NCBI RefSeq assembly: GCF_000012345.1
Contig: NC_007205.1
Coordinates: forward strand, 270,001-302,000
Length of the DNA: 32,000 bases
Origin: Candidatus Pelagibacter ubique HTCC1062
GTDB taxonomy: Bacteria > Pseudomonadota > Alphaproteobacteria > Pelagibacterales > Pelagibacteraceae
Reading direction: 5' to 3'
Under the pieces are notes generated by a model. It was not told where the DNA came from, searched no databases, and saw only the letters and a program-made list of their open reading frames with translations. The position numbers and the translations under genes were made by a program. Below, piece after piece: positions 26,040 through 32,000 of this stretch. Numbering within the stretch: the first letter of the stretch is position 1; each line of letters opens with the position of its first letter.

Positions 26040-27182
26040 ATGATTTTTGAAGCTTCAAGGGCTAAAGCCGTTGATAAATTAAATACTTTTGTTGAACAAA
26101 ATCTTTCAGATTATTCAAAACTAAGAAATTTTGATTTTGGGCCTAGTAATAGATCTAATGTTTCTTGTTTATCCCCCTATATAACTCACGGAATAATTAA
26201 TGAATTAGAAGTAATTAATAAATCTCTTAAAAAGTTTTCATTTGCAAATAATGAAAAATTTATTCAGGAAGTTCTTTGGCATGTTTATTGGAAAGGTTGG
26301 CTAGAACTAAGACCTGATGTTTGGTCAGATTACTTAATAGAATTAGATAAAATTAAAAAAGAATTTAAAAACAATCAAAGTTATTTGGATGCAACAGAAG
26401 GAAAAACAAATGTAGATTGTTTTAATCAATGGGTAAGTGAACTTAAAGAAAACAATTATCTTCATAACCACACAAGAATGTGGTTTGCTAGCATTTGGAT
26501 TTTTACACTAGAATTACCATGGCAGTTGGGAGCTGAGTTTTTTATGCAACATCTATATGATGGGGATGCTGCATCAAATACCCTTGGTTGGAGATGGGTT
26601 GCTGGCATTCAAACTCAAGGCAAGCATTACCTTGCAAGTGAATGGAATATAAATAAATTTACAAATAATAGATTTAAAAACATAAAACTTAATGAAAATG
26701 CCAAACCTATATCCAATGATAAGATATATTCTGTTATTAGCAAAGGCTTTAAAAATTCTGAGATTTTGGAAGATAAAACTTTATTAATATTTGAAAATAA
26801 TATGACATTTGAATTTTCTGATTTTAAAGAACATAAGTTTAAAAAAATTTTGTTAGTCTCAAATAAAACAGATAGAACTATCAAATTAAGTGAAAAGGTG
26901 TTGAAATTTAAAGCAAATCTTTTAGAGGATCAAAAAATAAGATTGAAAGAAAAATCAATAAATTGTGAAACTATTAACACTAATGATTTAAAAAATATTA
27001 CCGAAGAAGTTTATGCGCTTTATCCAACCGTTGGTGAAAATTTAAATTTTATTCAAAATAATCAATTAAAAAATATAAGATTTTTATATAGAAAGTTGGA
27101 TCAGTTTTCTTGGCAATATTGTAATAAAGGTTTTTTTAATTTTAAAAACTATATTCCAAAAATTATTGCTAATTTTAATTAA
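26040..27182 (+). CDS. Cryptochrome/photolyase-superfamily protein with inverted domain order (NewPHL-like)
   Basis: 380 aa. The FAD-binding photolyase-domain motifs sit at the N-terminus: SCLSPYITHGII, LWHVYWKGW, NHTRMWFASIW, YDGDAASNTLGWRWVAG. About 170 further residues of beta/alpha character follow. Only 6 nt separate the start from the upstream gene, so no N-terminal alpha/beta domain can be hidden. Confidence 0.7.
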   Translation: MIFEASRAKAVDKLNTFVEQNLSDYSKLRNFDFGPSNRSNVSCLSPYITHGIINELEVINKSLKKFSFANNEKFIQEVLWHVYWKGWLELRPDVWSDYLIELDKIKKEFKNNQSYLDATEGKTNVDCFNQWVSELKENNYLHNHTRMWFASIWIFTLELPWQLGAEFFMQHLYDGDAASNTLGWRWVAGIQTQGKHYLASEWNINKFTNNRFKNIKLNENAKPISNDKIYSVISKGFKNSEILEDKTLLIFENNMTFEFSDFKEHKFKKILLVSNKTDRTIKLSEKVLKFKANLLEDQKIRLKEKSINCETINTNDLKNITEEVYALYPTVGENLNFIQNNQLKNIRFLYRKLDQFSWQYCNKGFFNFKNYIPKIIANFN

Positions 27183-27400
27183 AACCAACGTATCATTCCA
27201 ATTATACCTGCTGTTGCATAAAAAAATTGCAACACAAGTATTCCCTTGTGACCTCCTCTATATGCCCAGATACCAATTAAAATGGCAGACAACAGCAACA
27301 AACAAAATCCTAAAAACTCTATTCCAATGTTTAAGGCTACAAACATAGAATAAAGGATTGCCGTAATAACCCCTGCCCATTCAAAAAATTTATTATTCAT
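27179..27400 (-). CDS. Small 3-TM membrane protein resembling a single PnuC-type repeat
   Basis: 73 aa. The pattern EWAGVITAILYSMFVALN...LLSAILIGIWAY...LVLQFFYATAGIIGMIRW resembles the PnuC pattern E-W-x...L-N ... Y ... L-Q-x-F-Y...I-x-G...W. It has a 4-nt ATGA overlap with the upstream GATase gene. Confidence 0.45.
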   Translation of the reverse strand: MNNKFFEWAGVITAILYSMFVALNIGIEFLGFCLLLLSAILIGIWAYRGGHKGILVLQFFYATAGIIGMIRWF

Positions 27401-28116
27401 AATAGCCTTTTAAAATTCTCATAAAGTATCTTAGAATAATTATTCATATCAGGCATATTATTTTTTGCAGCTTGATCAAATTTATCTAAAGCTCCCTCAC
27501 CTAATTGACTTTCAAGAGCTTTTTTATATTCAGGCACACACCCCCACTCATTAACTGTTGTGTCTTTAATTTCTATATGAAATTGAATTGCATATGCGTG
27601 ATTTTGGTATTTGAAAATTTGATATTTAGTAATAGGAGATGATGCTAGTAAAGTTACATCCTTATTATTATCTATTCCTTGCACTTCATATGAATGCCAC
27701 TGCAAACTTTTAATTTGATCTGGAAATTTTGAAAATAAAATATCCTCCTTTTTTTCTTTAGTAAAATTTATATCCATTATTCCAATTTCTGCTGGATTTG
27801 ATTTAACTACCTTACCACCTATTACCTCACCTAATAACTGACACCCAAGACAAAAACCTAAATAAGGTTTTTTTAAATTAACAACAAATTCTTTAATTGC
27901 TTTTTTTTCTTCAATTAGCCATGGATATTCTTGTTCCATAAAAGTATCCATTGGACCACCCATACAAAACATTCCATCAAATTTTCTTAGATCACTTGGG
28001 ATTTTTTCACCTTCATCTAGCTCTATAGTGGTTAAGTTAAAACCATCAGCTAACATTAAATCTTTGATATAGCCTGGGTCTTCAATCTTTATATGCTGTA
28101 AGACAATTATGTTCAT
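27397..28116 (-). CDS. Stand-alone class I glutamine amidotransferase (GuaA-N-like)
   Basis: 239 aa with nucleophile elbow YLGFCLGCQLL and His-x-Glu in AIQFHIEI. Confidence 0.8.
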   Translation of the reverse strand: MNIIVLQHIKIEDPGYIKDLMLADGFNLTTIELDEGEKIPSDLRKFDGMFCMGGPMDTFMEQEYPWLIEEKKAIKEFVVNLKKPYLGFCLGCQLLGEVIGGKVVKSNPAEIGIMDINFTKEKKEDILFSKFPDQIKSLQWHSYEVQGIDNNKDVTLLASSPITKYQIFKYQNHAYAIQFHIEIKDTTVNEWGCVPEYKKALESQLGEGALDKFDQAAKNNMPDMNNYSKILYENFKRLL

Positions 28117-28159
28117 TACTATATTTATAGCATTTTAAAATAGTCTACTGAACAATACT

Positions 28160-28768
28160 TTAAGCTAAAAAGGTTTTTATTCCGTCTAAAATATACTGAA
28201 CACTTAATCCAACTAGAATAATTGCTATTACTCTTGAAATTACACTAATAACTTTTTTATTTATTATCTGAGAAAATTTTGAAGCAGTAAAAAAAAATAT
28301 AAAAGTTAAAAGCAAAACTGAAGCTAAAGCAATCATTCCAACAGATTGGTTTGTAAAATTACTTCCCATATCTGAAACAGAAACAATAACAGATGTGATT
28401 GCAGCTGGTCCTGCTATAATGGGTGTTGCTAAAGGAAATACACTTACATTTTCAGAATTAAAATCAATGTCATCTTCTTTTCGTTGTTGTCTTTTATCAA
28501 ACAACATTTCCATGGAAATTATTAATAAAATGATGCCTCCACCAATTGTAAATGCTGGAAAAGATATATTCAAATAATTTAATAAAGTGCTTCCAAGAAA
28601 TGCAAAGAATAGCAATATGATTGATGCAATTATTGTTGCACTCAATGCAGTTTTAACTCTTTGTTGGCTGCTCATATTTTGAGTTACTGCTAAGAATAAT
28701 GGTGTATTTCCTAGTGGATCAATTACAATAAAATATAAAAAGAAAGTTTGAATAAATATTTCAAGCAT
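28160..28768 (-). CDS. MarC family (UPF0056) integral membrane protein
   Basis: 202 aa with 6 TM helices. The N-terminal IVIDPLGNTPLFLA is typical of the MarC family. Confidence 0.8.
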   Translation of the reverse strand: MLEIFIQTFFLYFIVIDPLGNTPLFLAVTQNMSSQQRVKTALSATIIASIILLFFAFLGSTLLNYLNISFPAFTIGGGIILLIISMEMLFDKRQQRKEDDIDFNSENVSVFPLATPIIAGPAAITSVIVSVSDMGSNFTNQSVGMIALASVLLLTFIFFFTASKFSQIINKKVISVISRVIAIILVGLSVQYILDGIKTFLA

Positions 28769-28809
28769 TCACTTTTCTAGCATAGTTACCTGGATAAATT
28801 CAGCAAATA

Positions 28810-29223
28810 TTAAAACAAATAATAAATTAAGACGTACCTACTTACTTTTCCAATTGCCACTAAAATAATAAAATCTAAAAATCTAACTCTTAATAAACCT
28901 GCAACTAAAGTCAGTGGATCACCTATTATTGGAACCCAAGCAAATAATAATGACCATTTACCAAATTTATTAAACCATTTTGAAGAGCTTTCTATTTGTT
29001 TGTCTTTAAACGGAAACCACTTTTTTGTACTAAGATTTCTTGAATAAAATCCCAAGACCCAGTTAACAACTGATCCCAAAATATTCCCAAAACTAGCAAC
29101 AATTAACAATAATAAACTATCAAAATTTGATGTTGCAATTAATCCTGCCAATGTGAGCTCAGATGAAAATGGTAAAATGGTTGCTGCTAAAAAAGATATA
29201 GCAAATAAAGATAAGTAAATCAC
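28810..29223 (-). CDS. yqaA: YqaA-like (DedA/SNARE-associated superfamily) membrane protein
   Basis: 137 aa that aligns by eye along the full length of E. coli YqaA ([13 protein letters not shown]..., [23 protein letters not shown]). Its GTG start at 29223 overlaps the stop of the upstream small ORF (GTGA). Confidence 0.75.
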   Translation of the reverse strand: MIYLSLFAISFLAATILPFSSELTLAGLIATSNFDSLLLLIVASFGNILGSVVNWVLGFYSRNLSTKKWFPFKDKQIESSSKWFNKFGKWSLLFAWVPIIGDPLTLVAGLLRVRFLDFIILVAIGKVSRYVLIYYLF

Positions 29224-29342
29224 TTAGAGCACTTTTTGGAGCAATACTTTACCTTATCCCAATTAAGCTTCCACTTCTTACGCCAAACAAAAGGTCTTTT
29301 ACAAACAGGACAAACTTTTGAAGGTAAATTTTCTTTTTTCAT
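29220..29342 (-). CDS. 40-aa zinc-ribbon protein, DUF2256-like (absent from the ORF track)
   Basis: The minus-strand ATG at 29342 gives [40 protein letters not shown], ending in a TGA at 29222-29220. It has a four-Cys CxxC...CxxxC pattern. The start overlaps the photolyase-related stop (TAATG) and the stop overlaps the yqaA start, so it fills the gap exactly. Confidence 0.7.
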   Translation of the reverse strand: MKKENLPSKVCPVCKRPFVWRKKWKLNWDKVKYCSKKCSK

Positions 29343-30832
29343 TAAATAGTATTTTGTTTAATAAATTTATCAGCTTCAGATAAAATCATTTTCTTTCTTT
29401 CATCTTTCATTTTATCAAAAACATAAACCATCATAGACAATCTAGGGTTCTTTAAAAAAAATTTTCTATTTTTATTTATAAACCTCCAATAAAGACCATC
29501 CATCGTATTACACCATTCCCCTTTTTTAAAATCCATCATTTTCATAAAATAACTTGATCCACAAATGTATGGTTTCGTTGCAAAAATACCTCCATCACTA
29601 AATAAGCCCATTCCATAAACATTAGGGACCATCACCCAATCAGAAGAATCTACAAACATTTCCATAAACCACTTATAAACAATTGTTGGTTTCACTTCAC
29701 AAAGGTTCATTATATTTGATAAAATCATTAACCTTTCTATATGATGAGACCAGCCATGATTAACGGCATTTTTAATTGCATGATCCAGTGGAGGCAAACC
29801 TGTTGTGCCTTCATACCAAGACTTTTTCATTTTTCTTTCATGGTTGAAAAAATTTTTTGTTTCCATTTCATCAGAGTAACCTTGATAAATTCCACGCATG
29901 AACTCTCTCCAGCCTATTATTTGACGAATATAACCTTCAAGTGAGTTCATTCTAATTTTGTGTTTTTTATGAAATTCTAAAATTTTTTGAATGATAATTT
30001 CAGGGGTTATCAATCCTAAATTAATATACGGGCTTAATGCGCTATGAAATAAAATATTGTCTTTTTGATTAACAGCATCTTCATAATCACCAAATAAATT
30101 TGATTTTTCTTTAATAAAAAAATCTAAAAGTTTGACCACATCATTGTATTCTGTTGCTAACCAAAAATCATTAGTGCTACCAGGATGATCTTTAAATAGT
30201 TTTTCAATAATTGGTTTTAATTTTTTAGTATGATTAGTTTCGTTAATTTTTGGAAATTTTGGTATTGATATGTCTTTTGGTAATTTATTTCTGTTATCTT
30301 CATCAAAACTCCATTTGCCTCCAATAGGGTTTCCATCTGCTCCCATTAATATTCCAGATTTTTTACGAACTTCTTTGTAAAATGTTGCCATAAAAGGTTT
30401 TTTTGATTTTACTAAATAATTTTTAAACTCATCTCTTGAGTTTAAAAACATTGGAGTTTGAACAATATTCCAGTTAATTTTTTCTTTTTTTAAGAATTGT
30501 GAAATTTTCTTTTCAAAAGATTTATCCTCAACCTCAAAACTTGAAATTTCAGTAATTTTTTTTTGATTAATGATAATTTTTAATTTTTTAAAATAAGTAT
30601 CTTTAAAACCTTTGTCCTCAATTTTAGAATATTCAAGTTTGTATTTATTTGCTCTAAGCATATCTGCATAAGACCTCATAGAAGAGAGAAATAGCAGTAT
30701 CTTTTGCTTATGATGCTTTTCATAAGTACATAGTTCATAGTCTTCTGCCATGTAAAAAGAGTGGTCCTTTTTGAAGCGGTCTACGTATTTTAATGGAAAT
30801 AATTGATTGCCAAGTATAAAAAACAATTTCAT
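29342..30832 (-). CDS. Cryptochrome/photolyase-related protein, COG3046 / FeS-BCP (bacterial 6-4 photolyase, CryB/PhrB) family
   Basis: 496 aa. The N-terminus FILGNQLF...[19 protein letters not shown] is typical of COG3046. The C-terminal half has [34 protein letters not shown] and [10 protein letters not shown]. Confidence 0.85.
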   Translation of the reverse strand: MKLFFILGNQLFPLKYVDRFKKDHSFYMAEDYELCTYEKHHKQKILLFLSSMRSYADMLRANKYKLEYSKIEDKGFKDTYFKKLKIIINQKKITEISSFEVEDKSFEKKISQFLKKEKINWNIVQTPMFLNSRDEFKNYLVKSKKPFMATFYKEVRKKSGILMGADGNPIGGKWSFDEDNRNKLPKDISIPKFPKINETNHTKKLKPIIEKLFKDHPGSTNDFWLATEYNDVVKLLDFFIKEKSNLFGDYEDAVNQKDNILFHSALSPYINLGLITPEIIIQKILEFHKKHKIRMNSLEGYIRQIIGWREFMRGIYQGYSDEMETKNFFNHERKMKKSWYEGTTGLPPLDHAIKNAVNHGWSHHIERLMILSNIMNLCEVKPTIVYKWFMEMFVDSSDWVMVPNVYGMGLFSDGGIFATKPYICGSSYFMKMMDFKKGEWCNTMDGLYWRFINKNRKFFLKNPRLSMMVYVFDKMKDERKKMILSEADKFIKQNTI

Positions 30833-30859
30833 AGTTAAATATAACTAAATAAAAATTAT

Positions 30860-31570
30860 ATGTCAGAAAAATATCTTATTTTTGGTGCGACAGGTTCTGT
30901 GGGTTCCAGCTTAGCTGAACAATTGAAAAATTCAGGAAATGATATTCATCTAATAGCAAGAAATGAAAATGAAGTTAAAACTATTGCAGAAAAATTAGGC
31001 TGCACTTATACGGTTGCTGACGTTTTAGAAGAAGGATTTATAGAAAAAGTAAAATCAGACATTAGTGAAATTAAGGGTATCGCTTACTGTGTGGGATCTA
31101 TTGATTTAAAACCATTAAGGATGGTTACAGAAGCAGATATGAATAAATGTATGAAACTAAACCTTTATTCAGCTATTGAAGCAATAAAAGGATTTCAAGA
31201 AAGTTTAAAAAAGAACAAAGGCTCAGTTGTTTTATTTTCAACTGTTGCTGCTCAAAGAGGTTTTACTAATCACACAATTATTGCTTCTGCTAAAGCTGCA
31301 GTTGAGGGACTAACTGTTACACTAGCTGCTGAGTTTGCTCCACATATTAGAGTGAATTGTATTGCACCCAGTTTATCAAAATCTAAAATTGCAGAACCAA
31401 TGTTAAAAAATCCTGCAATTGCAGAAGGAATTGCTAAAGCACATCCTCTTAAAAGATTGGGTGAAGGAAAAGATTCTGCAGCGCTTGCAAAATTTTTAAT
31501 TACTGAAGAGAGTTCTTGGATTACTGGACAGATAATAGCTGTTGATGGTGGTAGATCAAAACTTTCTTAA
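30860..31570 (+). CDS. Short-chain dehydrogenase/reductase family protein (atypical active site)
   Basis: 236 aa with cofactor motif GATGSVGS, NLYSA and FSTVAA. Where YxxxK is expected, the sequence reads IIASAK. Confidence 0.8.
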   Translation: MSEKYLIFGATGSVGSSLAEQLKNSGNDIHLIARNENEVKTIAEKLGCTYTVADVLEEGFIEKVKSDISEIKGIAYCVGSIDLKPLRMVTEADMNKCMKLNLYSAIEAIKGFQESLKKNKGSVVLFSTVAAQRGFTNHTIIASAKAAVEGLTVTLAAEFAPHIRVNCIAPSLSKSKIAEPMLKNPAIAEGIAKAHPLKRLGEGKDSAALAKFLITEESSWITGQIIAVDGGRSKLS

Positions 31571-31571
31571 A

Positions 31572-32000
31572 GTGAAAAAATATTTTTTATTAATAATTTT
31601 TTTTCTTTTATTTGCTTCAAAAAGCTATTCCAATAATTATACATTCACTAAAATTATAGAGTTAGATGAACCTTGGGGATCATCCTTTATTAACAATGAT
31701 GAAATCATTATTACTGAAAAAAGTGGAAAAATTAAAATTGTTAATATTATTTCAAAAGAAGTTACAGAGATTAAACATAATCTTAATTTTTTAGAAGTCG
31801 GCCAAGGTGGGTTATTAGATATTATTCATCAAGATAATACTCTGTGGATTTCTTATTCAGAAGATAGGGGAAATTTAAAAACAAGCACATCAATTGCAAA
31901 AGCACAATTAAACAAACAAGAATTAAATTTTAAAAATATTTTTCAAGCAAACCCTCCTATAGATTCTGGTTATCATTTTGGTTCAAGATTAGCGATTAAA
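31572..32000 (+). CDS. PQQ-dependent soluble sugar dehydrogenase (YliI/sorbosone dehydrogenase family), partial
   Basis: The GTG at 31572 follows the SDR stop by 1 nt. It has a signal-like N-terminus KKYFLLIIFFLLFASKSYS, then EPWGSSFI, EVGQGGLLDI and GYHFGSRLA, which are typical of the beta-propeller family. The ORF runs off the window end. Confidence 0.7.
   Translation, partial: MKKYFLLIIFFLLFASKSYSNNYTFTKIIELDEPWGSSFINNDEIIITEKSGKIKIVNIISKEVTEIKHNLNFLEVGQGGLLDIIHQDNTLWISYSEDRGNLKTSTSIAKAQLNKQELNFKNIFQANPPIDSGYHFGSRLAIK

Noticed and set aside
639-29944. Short track ORFs nested in or antisense to larger genes: 639-860, 2279-2461, 2715-2957, 3669-3857, 4177-4386, 4691-4876, 4825-5082, 7921-8133, 8103-8312, 11919-12110, 14406-14672, 15329-15541, 20316-20555, 24200-24391, 24880-25128, 26627-26884, 27166-27348, 28395-28577 and 29741-29944.
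   Set aside because: Each lies within a longer ORF that has clear family motifs. None has a recognisable domain or translation signals.
1-32000. Search for tRNA, rRNA, CRISPR repeats, IS elements or transposases, integrases, prophage, toxin-antitoxin and known defence-system genes.
   Set aside because: No spacer is long or GC-rich enough for a tRNA or rRNA. I noticed no tandem or interspaced repeats. Every ORF over 60 aa outside larger genes is accounted for by a metabolic, membrane or housekeeping family. Composition looks uniform by eye, with no sign of a horizontally acquired island.

Overview
The window is strongly AT-rich (about 70% A+T by eye) and very gene-dense. I count about 40 genes in 32 kb, most spacers are under 80 nt, and many genes share start/stop overlaps. 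I saw no rRNA, tRNA, CRISPR array, transposase, integrase or recognisable defence genes. The gene content (System I cytochrome c maturation ccmCDEFGH, IalB, DUF2794, HspQ, YciB, glcDEF) and the streamlined layout suggest a marine alphaproteobacterium of the SAR11/Pelagibacterales type. That assignment is an inference and is not verified.

Layout:
- 1-4976 (-): operon of a Zn-alcohol dehydrogenase plus a carbohydrate-type ABC importer (binding protein, two permeases, ATPase). It diverges from an AcoR-type GAF/HTH regulator (5137-6219) that has no sigma-54 AAA+ module.
- 6222-19995 (-): one 13.8 kb co-directional run. In order of transcription it holds hspQ, ccmC-D-E-F-G-H, a PagL-like outer-membrane protein, an FMN 2-hydroxyacid oxidase, an aminotransferase, glcD-E-F, a glyoxylate/hydroxypyruvate-reductase-type dehydrogenase and an MFS transporter.
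- 20074-25138: housekeeping genes (yciB, DUF2794, BI-1/YccA, aldo-keto reductase, IalB, argG, DsbA-like).
- 25195-31570: the most interesting part. Two non-canonical cryptochrome/photolyase-superfamily genes bracket six small or uncharacterised genes.
  - One photolyase gene is an inverted-topology NewPHL-like protein. The other is a COG3046/FeS-BCP-like protein with no CxxC pair.
  - The bracketed genes are a 73-aa 3-TM PnuC-repeat-like protein, a stand-alone GATase1, MarC, YqaA, a 40-codon zinc-ribbon ORF missing from the ORF track, and an SDR lacking the catalytic Tyr.
- 31572-32000: a partial PQQ-type sugar dehydrogenase ends the window.

Non-coding signals worth checking:
- A perfect 12-bp GC-rich hairpin between the binding-protein and permease genes.
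- A structured 182-nt gap upstream of ccmC.
- A sigma-32-like promoter in front of hspQ.
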